A stretch of DNA of 64,000 nt, taken from sequence record NZ_KX443406.1; one strand, written 5' to 3'. Shown here in pieces: positions 9,122-18,354 of this stretch. The stretch is from a plasmid. The translations under genes were made by a program, and so were the position numbers. The first letter of the stretch is position 1; each line of letters begins with the position of its first letter. The notes under the pieces were generated by a model, which ran no database searches, was not told the DNA's origin, and saw only the letters and a program-made list of their open reading frames with translations.

Positions 9122-9580
9122 ATGGAGGTGAGAGTGTCCCGCCGTGCCCTTCACGGGTTCGATCCAGCCCGCCTCAAGGAGCTTCGCGGCGAAAAAGGGC
9201 TCTCTCGCTCCGATCTCGGACGTCTTTCCGGGGTTCCGTACAACACGATCCGCAGATGGGAAACGGGAAACTCGGCCCCGGCTCCAGACCTTCTCGCCCG
9301 AGTCGCCGAGGTGCTCGGCGTCGACGTCGACGCCCTGGCGGTGATTCAAGACGCCGCGGTGTCGCTTGCGAGCTGGCGCACCAAGAAGGGCTTCACACAG
9401 GAGGAAGTGGCGGCCGCGCTCGACATGTCGCCCTCGACCTACTCGCGACTCGAACGGGGCGAACGCCCGGTCACCAACGGTGACACCGCCACCCTGGCAA
9501 GCCTTTTCGGGATCGAGCCGGAGCAAGTCCGATCCTCGTGGATGCGCGCGCACCAACGCCCCGGCGGCACGCGCCGCTAA
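9122..9580 (+). CDS. Transcriptional regulator with two tandem XRE-type HTH domains
   Basis: LKELRGEKGLSRSDLGRLSGVPYNTIRRWETG and SWRTKKGFTQEEVAAALDMSPSTYSRLERG motifs. Divergent from the minus-strand operon. Confidence 0.6.
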   Translation: MEVRVSRRALHGFDPARLKELRGEKGLSRSDLGRLSGVPYNTIRRWETGNSAPAPDLLARVAEVLGVDVDALAVIQDAAVSLASWRTKKGFTQEEVAAALDMSPSTYSRLERGERPVTNGDTATLASLFGIEPEQVRSSWMRAHQRPGGTRR

Positions 9581-9909
9581 ACCTGATAACACAACCCCTC
9601 CGACCTGACATCCGACCCACCCCCGTCAGGCGGCCCGCGGTCTCCCTCCCCGGAGACCACATAGGGATCGTATGGAAACCGACCGGTTTGTGAAAGCGAC
9701 CACTTCGTCAATTCGCCGAAATGTACTGAACGTCACATTGACTGATCGTTGAATATGCAACAGACTGCGCCGATCTGCGCCGATGCCGTTCACGTGCCAA
9801 CGCCCTCGGGCGCACAGCCAATAATCGACCGCCGACAAACCCCTCGCCGGCAGGCCGCGGGCCGATGGCGACGCGCCCGCCCCACTCTGCGCCGCGCTTC
9901 CCTGCCGCT

Positions 9910-10090
9910 GAGGCGTTGCACTGTTGCAGTGTTGCACTGTTGCAACGCTTAATCGTTGAACCGTTTCAACGTACAGCCGTTACGTAGTTGCACATTTCTA
10001 CAGTTACAACGACTAGCGGTTTCAAGACTGTCGCGGTCGCGTGGTCGTTTCAAAGGCACAACTCGTCCACTTGTGCCGTTACAACTGCTA
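9910..10090. repeat. Array of GTTGCA / GTTACAAC / GTTTCAAC (CGTTRCAAC-type) direct and inverted repeats upstream of parA; candidate centromere or operator
   Basis: Reads gcgttgcactgttgcagtgttgcactgttgcaacg ... cgttgaaccgtttcaacg ... ccgttacgtagttgcac ... cagttacaacg ... ccgttacaactg. Confidence 0.5.
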
Positions 10091-10100
10091 CCGTGACCGG

Positions 10101-10817
10101 GTGACGAAAATCGTGGTCTGCCATTCACGCAAGGGCGGCGTCGGCAAGTCGACGATCGCCTACGAACTCGCCTGGTTGCTCGATGCGCCGCTGGTCGACC
10201 TCGAGAACGACGGTGGCGGCGTGACCCGAAAGTGGGGTTACCGGCCGGAGGAACGCACTCGATCCATCCTGCTGGACGCGCTGCGAACGGGCCGCACACC
10301 CAAGCCGCTCAAGGGCCACATGAAGGCCCGCCTGGTGCCCGGACATCCCGACCTGGCGGACTTCCCTCCCAGCGAGAACGAGATGGCCGAGGCACTGCTC
10401 AAGTGGGGCGCGGAATGGGATACCGACTGGATCGTCGTCGACACCCATCCTGGCGCAGGCCCCCATACTCACGGCGCGCTCTCAGTCGCCAACGTCGTCA
10501 TCGCACCGTGCCCGCTGCGCACGCTCGACCTCGACGCGACCGAGCAGCTCGTCCACGAGATGCCCGACTATCCGGTCGTGATCGTCCCGAACATGGTGCC
10601 CCGTATCCCCTCGGCGGCTGAGATCAACCGACTCTCACGGATCGTTGAGGGAACTCCCGTGCAGGTCGGGCCCCTGATCCCTGAGGTGCGAGCAGTCGGA
10701 ACCCGCAAGAAGCGGGTGGCGATCACCGCCGAGCCCAAGCCCGCCAAGGCCCTTCAACCGGTCGCCGACGCGATGGAAGCCCTCGCCGAGTACGTGAAGG
10801 AGTACGTCAATGACTGA
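10101..10817 (+). CDS. parA: ParA/Soj-family partition ATPase
   Basis: Deviant Walker A KGGVGKST at the N-terminus after trimming to GTG 10101 (ORF 10041..10817). Confidence 0.8.
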   Translation: MTKIVVCHSRKGGVGKSTIAYELAWLLDAPLVDLENDGGGVTRKWGYRPEERTRSILLDALRTGRTPKPLKGHMKARLVPGHPDLADFPPSENEMAEALLKWGAEWDTDWIVVDTHPGAGPHTHGALSVANVVIAPCPLRTLDLDATEQLVHEMPDYPVVIVPNMVPRIPSAAEINRLSRIVEGTPVQVGPLIPEVRAVGTRKKRVAITAEPKPAKALQPVADAMEALAEYVKEYVND

Positions 10818-11292
10818 CGGACTTAGCCAGCTCAATAGCCGGCGACAGGCGGGACGGCGAGTGCCGCCGTCGCAGAACCCTGTCCGTGTGAACCCCGCCG
10901 CAGCGACCAACCCCGACGCCGCCGCGACCGCTCCGGGTCCCACGCCACAGCCAGCGCCGACACCGCAGGCCGCCGCGGTGCCGCAGCCCGCCCCAGCACC
11001 TGTCCAGGCGAAAAGGGCTGCTCCCAAGCCCTCTGCAACCACACCGGCTCCGCCGGCCGAAGATCCGCTCGTCTCCGCGACCGTCTACCTGTCGACTTCA
11101 AACGATGAGTTCCTCGAGGACGTCAAGCGAGCCGGCCGCCGCAATCAGCCCAAGATCGACGCGAACCGTTCCGCCGTAGTGCGCCTGGCGCTCACCCGCC
11201 TCGCGGAGCAGATGTCGCCCGAGCAGGTCGCCCAGGAGCTCTCCGCACGAGCGGGCCGCCTTCCCGGTACGACCGGCCGCACACGGCTCTAG
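10810..11292 (+). CDS. Partition partner: Pro/Ala-rich disordered N-terminus + C-terminal ribbon-helix-helix (ParG/CopG-like) DNA-binding domain
   Basis: Overlaps the parA 3' end by 8 nt. C-terminus ATVYLSTSNDEFLEDVKRAGRR...NRSAVVRLALTRLAEQ fits a beta-alpha-alpha RHH fold. Confidence 0.5.
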   Translation: MTDGLSQLNSRRQAGRRVPPSQNPVRVNPAAATNPDAAATAPGPTPQPAPTPQAAAVPQPAPAPVQAKRAAPKPSATTPAPPAEDPLVSATVYLSTSNDEFLEDVKRAGRRNQPKIDANRSAVVRLALTRLAEQMSPEQVAQELSARAGRLPGTTGRTRL

Positions 11293-11419
11293 CCCCACCC
11301 GCATAAGAGGCCCCGGAAGCAGCCCCACCGCTTCCGGGGCCTTTTGGCGTTTCCAGACCCCCACCTGGCCGTCTCGCTGGACGGCAGGCCGCTCGACGGC
11401 CAAGCCTGCACAACCGCTG

Positions 11420-11610
11420 GCCGTTGTGCAGGCGGAAGTCCTTGCATTCTCGCCATTGCAACGGCAAGACGCCTTGCCTCCCTGCCGTTGCAACAGTTTG
11501 CCTTTCCAACGCGAAACGTTCTTACTGTTGCAATGTTTAACCGTTGTAGCGTTACAACATTTCAAGCGTTAGCATGTGAACCGTTACACGGTTTTGACGT
11601 TACGCAGTCT
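11420..11610. repeat. Second array of CGTTRCAAC-type repeats downstream of the par operon
   Basis: Reads ccgttgtgca ... cattgcaacgg ... gccgttgcaacag ... ctgttgcaatg ... ccgttgtagcgttacaac ... ccgttacacgg ... gacgttacgc. Confidence 0.45.
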
Positions 11611-11934
11611 CGGCGGCCTCTCGGTTACGATCACCGAGAACCATCGCAGGCCTCGAAGCTTCACGGCGCGAGGACCGTGACGGCGAGTTGCAGCAGATGT
11701 GCGACAGCAGGACGCCTCGAAACGGGCCACCACCAGCGTCTTCTCGCAAGAGGGGCCGCGAAAACGGTGGGACGACTCGATCGACCCCATGCGACCGCGC
11801 ACCGATGCAGGCGGACTCCAGGGCAGCCAGCACGAACGGCCCAGGATTCTTGCTCGCCTCTCACATGCGAAGCGTCACCTGAGAATTCGCAACGCCTCCA
11901 CGACGACGAGACACCACGACAGCGAGGATTCCCG

Positions 11935-12915
11935 ATGCTCCGAAAAGGACCACGATCCGATTCGCATCAGCCCACACGCAACGCGAAAGCCGCGAACCCG
12001 GACCAGAAGCAAAGCCCCGCATTCTGGGCCGCCCTGACGCTGACGTCGATGATCTGCCTCGCATCGTTCATCCTGTCGTTCGTGGCTCTGGCCGACTTGC
12101 TGCACATGACAGGCCAGCCGCGAGAGCTGTCCTACCTGTTCCCCGTCATCATCGACGGCACAATCCTGCAGGCCACCATCTCGATCCTGTGGCTCGCCGG
12201 GAACGACGATCGCGGGAAGGAGCGGAGGTTCTTCTGGACCGTCCTGGCCGTCGCCGCCGGCGTCAGCATCGCAGGCAACGCCCTCCATGCATGGGTCTCT
12301 CACGCGCCCGATTTCGACCCACTGCTCGCCGCGGCGATCTCGACCATTCCGCCGATCTCGCTGCTCGCAGCCAGCCACGGCCTGACCATCCTGGCTCGAA
12401 CGCCGAAGAGGGCGCCAGCGGGGGAGGGGAGTAGTGGCACCTCTTCGCCCCTTACGACCATCTCTGACGAATCCGTTCGTGACGCCCCCGAGGCTGAGCT
12501 CGTAGTCGCAGGAATGGATCCCAAGCCCCAGCGTCTCGCCACCCCCGCGGTTATGGCGGACGCACAGGACCAGGCCGCTGCACCGCGCATCGAAAAGGCG
12601 AGCGCCAGTGAAGGGCACGGCGTAGAGACCGTCGGCATGGAAGACGAAGCAGGTTTCTTCGCGAGTCGTCCCGACGCACACCCACTGCCGCAAGAGATCC
12701 CGACAGTCACGTCCACCACCCCGCCCCGCGACCCTGTCGCAGTCGACCTCAGCACAGCGACAACCGATCAGCTACGCGACTACGCACTCCGCAGGAAGGC
12801 GCTGGGTATCAAACCCAAGGAGATCGCGGTCGAAGTCAACCGGAACATCAGCACCGTCTACCGGTGGATCGACGACGCCGCGAAGTCCGCCGGCGACCCG
12901 CAACTCGTCCGGTAG
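11935..12915 (+). CDS. Membrane protein (4 predicted TM) with C-terminal HTH (DUF2637-like architecture)
   Basis: Real start taken as ATG 11935 inside ORF 11344..12915. TM segments FWAALTLTSMICLASFILSFVALA and others. C-terminal IAVEVNRNISTVYRWIDDAAKS. Confidence 0.45.
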   Translation: MLRKGPRSDSHQPTRNAKAANPDQKQSPAFWAALTLTSMICLASFILSFVALADLLHMTGQPRELSYLFPVIIDGTILQATISILWLAGNDDRGKERRFFWTVLAVAAGVSIAGNALHAWVSHAPDFDPLLAAAISTIPPISLLAASHGLTILARTPKRAPAGEGSSGTSSPLTTISDESVRDAPEAELVVAGMDPKPQRLATPAVMADAQDQAAAPRIEKASASEGHGVETVGMEDEAGFFASRPDAHPLPQEIPTVTSTTPPRDPVAVDLSTATTDQLRDYALRRKALGIKPKEIAVEVNRNISTVYRWIDDAAKSAGDPQLVR

Positions 12916-13029
12916 AAAACTCGAGGACTCGAGCGACACGCCCGGCGGCCACCGAATGTCAGACACTCAGTATCGCTGGCCGTAAGGTCGTCCCGGAACA
13001 AGGACCGAACCTGGTCGGAAGGGAGTGGA

Positions 13030-13239
13030 ATGACCTCGGCAACGCGCGAAGAGCGACCGTACCGTCGACTTAATCCCCACAGCAACGCGCCTACCTCTCC
13101 CCGGCGGACAGTCCGGTTCCCGGACGTCATCGACCAGGAACTCGAGGCGCTCTCGGACGAGACGGGCCGCTCCGTCTCCAAACTGATCCGCGAGGCCGTG
13201 ACCTCGTTCATCGCAGACGCGAAGAAGGAAGCGAGCTAA
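13030..13239 (+). CDS. Ribbon-helix-helix (CopG family) DNA-binding protein
   Basis: RTVRFPDVIDQELEALSDETGRSVSKLIREAVTSFI is an RHH signature. Confidence 0.5.
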   Translation: MTSATREERPYRRLNPHSNAPTSPRRTVRFPDVIDQELEALSDETGRSVSKLIREAVTSFIADAKKEAS

Positions 13240-13449
13240 CAAGCCCCAGAAATGCCAAACCCCCCGGCTGCCACCGAGGGGTCCGACAATTGAAGATCAG
13301 ATACACGCTCGAGCAGGCGACCCACCAAGCGGCATCCAGATTGTCCATCGCCGATATTACAGGGTCGCCGGTAGCTCGACTAGTCATACGTGCCTGCCAG
13401 CATCGGCGTGTCTCCGGTCTTCTTCTCACAACGAGAGGAATTACCCACC

Positions 13450-14367
13450 GTGGTGACGACCCACAGCTCCAATGAGCCGATCCTGACCTGGCTATCCGCT
13501 GTACGCAGCAAGGCCAGCGACCTCCCGCACAGCGCACGGTCCGTCGCGCTCGCAATCCTCACGCACGTCCACCCTGAAACGGGAATGACACCGCCGCTCA
13601 GCTACGCGGCCCTGCAGCAGGAGGCCGGTTGCTCTCGCGGCACCCTGGTCGCCGCCCTGCGCCGCCTCGACGACGCCGGGATGATCCGTCGATTCGGCGC
13701 CCACCAGCAACTGAACGTCTACTCGTTGGCTGTGGATAACTCGCTGGCCAGCGCTGTCGAACCCGGTACAGAATTCGCACCGACCCCGGTACAGCCGCTG
13801 ACCGCTGCGGACCACGTCGGCAGCGATTCCGCACCGACCCCGGTCCAAATTTTGCACCACGAGAAAGAGCTTTTCTCTTCCTCTTCTCCTTCTCTCTCCT
13901 CGGTTGACCCCGATGCCCTGGGGACCGCTGCCCCGATCCCGCTGCCGCGGGACTGGGCACCGAATCCCCAGCATCTGCGCCGCGTCGCCGCACGAGGCCT
14001 CGACCTCGCGGCCGTGGTCGAAGCGTTCCGCCAGTACGCGGACGGGAAGACTCGCACGGGCGTCGACAAGTGGGACAAGGCGTTCGGCTGGTGGCTCAAG
14101 CCCGGCGAGGGCTGGGACAAGCACGTCGCCACACGGGCCGCAGCCGCCACTGCGCCATCGGAGCAGGCCTCTGCCAGCGAGGAGACGCCCGTCAAGCGCA
14201 CGAACCACCGTGGGATCAGCACCGTAATGCGCACACTGCAAGCCCAGGGCATCTCTGGCGCACGTGTTAGGGATCGGGTGGTCGAACTCCTCGACCAGGG
14301 CACCCCGGTCTACGAGATCGCGGGCATGATCGAGAACGAACTCTTCGCGCTACCTGTGGGGGCCTAA
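13450..14367 (+). CDS. Winged-HTH DNA-binding protein, candidate plasmid replication initiator (Rep-like)
   Basis: GTG 13450 preceded by GAGAGGAA. wHTH SARSVALAILTHV...LSYAALQQEAGCSRGTLVAALRRLDDAGMI. Sits with par genes and repeat arrays. Confidence 0.4.
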   Translation: MVTTHSSNEPILTWLSAVRSKASDLPHSARSVALAILTHVHPETGMTPPLSYAALQQEAGCSRGTLVAALRRLDDAGMIRRFGAHQQLNVYSLAVDNSLASAVEPGTEFAPTPVQPLTAADHVGSDSAPTPVQILHHEKELFSSSSPSLSSVDPDALGTAAPIPLPRDWAPNPQHLRRVAARGLDLAAVVEAFRQYADGKTRTGVDKWDKAFGWWLKPGEGWDKHVATRAAAATAPSEQASASEETPVKRTNHRGISTVMRTLQAQGISGARVRDRVVELLDQGTPVYEIAGMIENELFALPVGA

Positions 14368-14425
14368 CACCCGCGACGAAGGAGGGGGCTCGCGTGAGGT
14401 ACTCGGCGATCGACGCCGCCAGAGT

Positions 14426-14893
14426 GTGGGTGGGGGAGCAGCTGCGTTACCCGCAGCGGATCCCGCGGACGACCACGGTCCTCATTGGAGTGCGATTCCG
14501 TGGACGCTGCAACGGCGTCTCGAGGACGTCGCCCGCGCCAGTGGGACCATCGACTTCGGGTCATTGCCCCGGCGGCGATGGTTCTCGACCCGGTCGGCGC
14601 TGTCCGCGAGTGACCACACGACAGTCGCCAGCGCGAGCACGATGCTCCATTGGCCGACGCACGCCGATACCGACGAGACCCGGATCGTCACTCTCGCCGA
14701 AGGTGTCGTGGACCGAACCGCATCTCACCCCGCATGGACGATCCCCGCGGTGGGTGGCCGCCGATCGGTGATCGGGCTCCACATGGAGCTGCACGCGATC
14801 GCAGCCGCCGCGAACGAGTTGCTGACCCTTCGCAGCTCGACCCCGGATCTGCCGACTGCGGCCGGCGTTGCGACGCAGTCCCGAGAGGAATAG
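14426..14893 (+). CDS. Hypothetical protein
   Basis: ORF with protein-like C-terminal half. Overlapped by alternative-frame ORFs, so frame choice is uncertain. Confidence 0.2.
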   Translation: MGGGAAALPAADPADDHGPHWSAIPWTLQRRLEDVARASGTIDFGSLPRRRWFSTRSALSASDHTTVASASTMLHWPTHADTDETRIVTLAEGVVDRTASHPAWTIPAVGGRRSVIGLHMELHAIAAAANELLTLRSSTPDLPTAAGVATQSREE

Positions 14894-15537
14894 AACCGTC
14901 GTCAGGTCCTCTTCGCGCAGAGCCGTTCGGCACTCAGCGATCGCGTCGCAGCACTCCGTGTCGTCGAGGACGCCCTCGACCGCGTCCACTCCGTTGCCGA
15001 GGAGCTGAGAACTGTCCAGCGCCTCTCCGCCGACACACACCTCGCCGAACAGCTCCACCAGCAGATGGCAGGCGCGGAGCTCGCGGCCGCCGATGCGCGC
15101 ACCGCCGGCGAACAGCTCGAAGAGGTCGAACAGAACCTTCGAGCGCAGGTGGACTACCTCGACACCCTCGTCTCGCGAACGCCGCGCCCCTGAGACCCGT
15201 AGAACGGCAAGAAGAAAGCCCCAGCCAGGGGGGATCGGCTGAGGCTTTCGTGCGAGTCCGCAGGACTCACTGGCTGAATCGGGGGGGATTCAAACTGCCG
15301 CCCGCAGTCTACCGTCACCACCCGACAAGACCGAGGCGCGTGACCAAGATCGCCAACCCGATGCCACGCGTTCGAACGACAGTGCTGCCGCGGCACCGCT
15401 ACGCGCCGCCTTGCCATCTATCACTCCCTGGTCACCAGAGCGCGGAGGCCGCGACGGCGCAGTGCCGGCGGGTAGAGTCACCTCGATCAATCCGCTGGGG
15501 CAGCCAGGCCCAAGCACGAACCCGGAAGGGAACTTTC

Positions 15538-15909
15538 ATGGCCGACACGGACCGCCGCTCCGGCGCAGAACTGCGCGCTCGACGGGAGCTGCTCGGCCTC
15601 AACGCGCAGGAGACCGCCGCACTACTCGGTGTCGACGAACGCGTGATCCGAAGATGGGAACAAGGCAAGCCCATCCCCGAAGGAGTCGTCGCCGAACTCG
15701 CGCAACTCGAACAGGTCCAGGACGACGTGATCCGGGAACTCGAAGACGCCGGCAAAGACAGTGGCGTCATCACCACCTACAAGGGCGACGGCGTCGTACC
15801 CGACCGCCCCGAACTGCCTGCCCGCTGGCACCGCGTCGCGGCCGCAACCGCGGTCCGCAACCTCGCAGCCGAGGGAGTCGACACCCGAATCATCTACGCC
15901 GAAAGCTGA
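15538..15909 (+). CDS. XRE-type HTH protein (123 aa)
   Basis: LGLNAQETAALLGVDERVIRRWEQGK. ATG 15538 lies in frame within the spurious long ORF 14650..15909. Confidence 0.55.
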   Translation: MADTDRRSGAELRARRELLGLNAQETAALLGVDERVIRRWEQGKPIPEGVVAELAQLEQVQDDVIRELEDAGKDSGVITTYKGDGVVPDRPELPARWHRVAAATAVRNLAAEGVDTRIIYAES

Positions 15910-15953
15910 CTACCAGGCGATACGTGCGGATCCGGTCCGTTCTGGCATTGTGC

Positions 15954-15987
15954 CGTTACAACGATTGAACGGCTAAACGTTGTAACG
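15954..15987. promoter_or_regulatory. Perfect inverted repeat CGTTACAACG-N14-CGTTGTAACG abutting a TAGAAT -10 box; candidate operator of the same repeat family
   Basis: Reads ccgttacaacgattgaacggctaaacgttgtaacg immediately 5' of tagaat (15988-15993). Confidence 0.45.
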
Positions 15988-16050
15988 TAGAATGGTTGTA
16001 GCGAGCAGGGCATCAGGCCCAGCTCACGATCCCCGGGAAGGGGACTCCTC
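15988..16050 (+). promoter_or_regulatory. Conserved leader copy 1: -10 TAGAAT, 5'UTR hairpin GGGCATCAGGCCC(AGC) at 16008-16023, SD GGGAAGGGGA, ATG 16051
   Basis: Same module found at 19234-19291 and 24617-24657. Confidence 0.5.
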
Positions 16051-16242
16051 ATGCACGACTATGTCGTGGCGATCAGCCATCGCGACGGTGACCACGTCGG
16101 CTCCGTCAAAGTCTCAGCAGCGTCAGCGCCCGATGCGGCGGACGCCGGAATCTTGACCATGCTCGACGGGCGGCCGTTGCCGTCGAGCGACTACCGGGCG
16201 ATCGCCGTTCCGCTGCGCCAGCTCGCACCGGCCTCCCACTGA
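16051..16242 (+). CDS. Small hypothetical protein (63 aa)
   Basis: ATG is 27 nt after the conserved leader hairpin, with a strong SD. Confidence 0.45.
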   Translation: MHDYVVAISHRDGDHVGSVKVSAASAPDAADAGILTMLDGRPLPSSDYRAIAVPLRQLAPASH

Positions 16243-16319
16243 CCTTCGGATCGGCGGGGCGCCCGACGGCAAGCCCCGCCGATCCCTCTCCTTGACCAGC
16301 CCTGGAAAGGGACACGGCA

Positions 16320-17318
16320 ATGAATCTTGCAATCGAATCATCCGGCACCCCAACGGACGAGCTGTTCAACAACCTCTCGAACATCCTCAGCACCGTCGCG
16401 TGGGCCGGCATGGCTCTCGGGGTCATCATCATGGTCGTCAGCATGGGTCGGTTGGCTTTCGCCTACGACTCCTACGCCTGGTCCAGTGCCCTTCGCGGAA
16501 TCATCGGGGGAGTGGGAGCCATCGTCGGCTTCGGACTCGCCGCACTACTCGGTGCGGCCGGCTCCGCCTCCGACGCTCCCGCCGAGCCAGCAGAATCAGA
16601 ACCGTCCCCGGCTCCGCAGCCGGTTCCGATCCCGACCCCGGCCCCTGATCCGACCCCGACTGACGTCGGCGACTCCACCCCCGCTGGTTTCGACATCAAT
16701 CCCATGATCCTGCTCGCTGCCTTCGGCGCGATCGGGTTCGTCGTCGTCACCTGGTTCGCCGTGTCCAACTTGCGAGCCCGCCGCGCCGAGCGCCGCGAGG
16801 AGCGAGAAGCCCGCGAGCGCGACTGGGCGACCGGTCAGGCCGTGTACAAGGGCGTCCTCGACGACTACAGCGCCTATCTGCTCGATCCCTTCGCGTGGCT
16901 CCAACGGCCCATCCTCGAAGACGTCGACGAGCCGCTGACGGCCGCGTTCCTCGAAGCGCTCGCCCACGCCCAGGCGCTCGACCTCGACGTCGTCCCCGCC
17001 GACCAGAACCGAATCGACCAGTTCCGCACCGCGGCCCACGAACTCCGGGCAGCCTGGGACAAGGCCGACGAGAACGCCCGCCGCATCGGCACCAGCATCT
17101 ACGAGCGGTCCAGCCGCAACAAGCTCCGCAAGGCCGCCTACGCGCTCCGCACCGCACTCGACACCTCCGCCACCGCAGCAGAGCGTCAAGCCGCCACCGA
17201 GACCGTCAAGCGACTGACAGACGGCCTGGTCAAAGCGCCCGAACGCGTCCTCAGTGCCGTCACCGCGGCCATCGACACAGCACGTCGCAAGGAACTCCCT
17301 GTCGGACTCAACCAGTAG
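16320..17318 (+). CDS. Membrane protein (3 TM N-terminal, Pro-rich linker, alpha-helical C-terminal domain)
   Basis: TM segments VAWAGMALGVIIMVVSMG, GIIGGVGAIVGFGLAALLGAAG, PMILLAAFGAIGFVVVTWFAV. Confidence 0.5.
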   Translation: MNLAIESSGTPTDELFNNLSNILSTVAWAGMALGVIIMVVSMGRLAFAYDSYAWSSALRGIIGGVGAIVGFGLAALLGAAGSASDAPAEPAESEPSPAPQPVPIPTPAPDPTPTDVGDSTPAGFDINPMILLAAFGAIGFVVVTWFAVSNLRARRAERREEREARERDWATGQAVYKGVLDDYSAYLLDPFAWLQRPILEDVDEPLTAAFLEALAHAQALDLDVVPADQNRIDQFRTAAHELRAAWDKADENARRIGTSIYERSSRNKLRKAAYALRTALDTSATAAERQAATETVKRLTDGLVKAPERVLSAVTAAIDTARRKELPVGLNQ

Positions 17319-17357
17319 CTTGTAGACCGAGCCCCCACCAGACGCAGAACGGACTCC

Positions 17358-17669
17358 ATGGATCAGATGAACGCATTCACATGGATCGGCCTCGCCCTCC
17401 TCATCGTCGGCGGCGGCATCGTGATCTGGGTGTCGCCGATGGTGCTCGCCCTACAAGCCAAGGGGCTTCCCGGAGGGAAGTACCGCACCCGGCACGGCAT
17501 CGGGCTCGGGCTCGCCGCATTTGGCGCCATCCTGATGAACATCGGCACGCTGAGCTCGAGCGCCGGCGTCGCGATGAAGATCGCCGCCCTCGCGGCCGCA
17601 GTGATCCTGCTGGGAACACTGGTATGGGCCACTGTGCGGATGCGCGACCAGAGCGGAGCAGCTGAGTAA
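17358..17669 (+). CDS. Small membrane protein (103 aa, 3 TM)
   Basis: Hydrophobic throughout. Followed by a terminator hairpin. Confidence 0.5.
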   Translation: MDQMNAFTWIGLALLIVGGGIVIWVSPMVLALQAKGLPGGKYRTRHGIGLGLAAFGAILMNIGTLSSSAGVAMKIAALAAAVILLGTLVWATVRMRDQSGAAE

Positions 17670-17683
17670 CCACCGGGACCGAC

Positions 17684-17714
17684 AAGAAGGCGGGGCACAT
17701 GCCCCGCCTTCTTT
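17684..17714. terminator. Bidirectional intrinsic terminator hairpin AAGAAGGCGGGGCACATGCCCCGCCTTCTTT
   Basis: Perfect 13-bp GC-rich inverted repeat between convergent genes, followed by TTTGTGT. Confidence 0.5.
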
Positions 17715-17734
17715 GTGTCTATATGGCTCCCGAT

Positions 17735-18310
17735 CTACTCCGGTGCGGGCGGCGGGGGCCCGATCACGGGGGGAGGGGGAGCCTTCGGCAGCGGCGGCAG
17801 CGGTTTGCCTCCCAGATATTCCAGGGCGTTTCGAACCAGTCCGGGTTCGGCCTCTGCGACGACGCGGCGGCGCTCCTTGATTCGCCGCCAGGTGCGTATG
17901 CGTCCGATCCTTGGGTGCCAGACCACGCTTTGAAGGTCCCACGCGGCCTCGCGCGATAACCGGGTTAGCTCCGGACCAATTTTGCCTGCGTCGTAGTCGA
18001 GAGGTTGATCTTCCGCATCTTGCAGGCTCTTCCACCACGCTACATATGCGAGCAGTTTGTAGTGCTCGACAACGTTTCTCGGGGTTGCGGCAACGATCGC
18101 CGCCTTCTCCAACTCAGCGATCGCCTGCTGAAAGGGCGGGGCGTCCGGGAGGTCGCTGGGGCCGGCCCACCGAGCGGCCTCGCAGTCGGCCAATCGACGC
18201 AGGACCTCGCTGCGCACCTGCCGTCGCCCTTGGGCGCCGATCAAATACTGACCGACGAATGACCCGATACCGAGCGCGCCAAGGATGGATGCGAAAGCGG
18301 AGAGGTCCAC
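17735..18310 (-). CDS. Hypothetical protein with N-terminal TM and Pro-rich C-terminus
   Basis: MDLSAFASILGALGIGSFVGQYLIGA...PPLPKAPPPPVIGPPPPAPE. Confidence 0.4.
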   Translation of the reverse strand: MDLSAFASILGALGIGSFVGQYLIGAQGRRQVRSEVLRRLADCEAARWAGPSDLPDAPPFQQAIAELEKAAIVAATPRNVVEHYKLLAYVAWWKSLQDAEDQPLDYDAGKIGPELTRLSREAAWDLQSVVWHPRIGRIRTWRRIKERRRVVAEAEPGLVRNALEYLGGKPLPPLPKAPPPPVIGPPPPAPE

Positions 18311-18354
18311 CAGCGCAGACTAGCCCGCGCCGCGGCACAACTAGTGTCCTCGAG

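Noticed and set aside
9600-10100. Possible CRISPR array because of short repeated motifs
   Set aside because: The repeats are 6-10 bp, irregularly spaced and partly palindromic. This is an iteron or centromere pattern, not repeat-spacer architecture.
14894-15193. Coiled-coil-like frame (…AELAAADARTAGEQLEEVEQNLRAQVDYLDTLV)
   Set aside because: Open frame has no plausible start codon before Met at 15065. Possibly a gene fragment, so not called.
14650-15909. 419-aa + strand ORF
   Set aside because: Only its last 123 codons (from ATG 15538) look protein-like (XRE HTH). The upstream 290 codons are Arg/Pro-rich and unsupported by any SD.
16895-17665. 256-aa + strand ORF and several minus ORFs across 16.6-17.7 kb
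   Set aside because: Alternative frames of the membrane-protein genes 16320..17318 and 17358..17669. R/P-rich.
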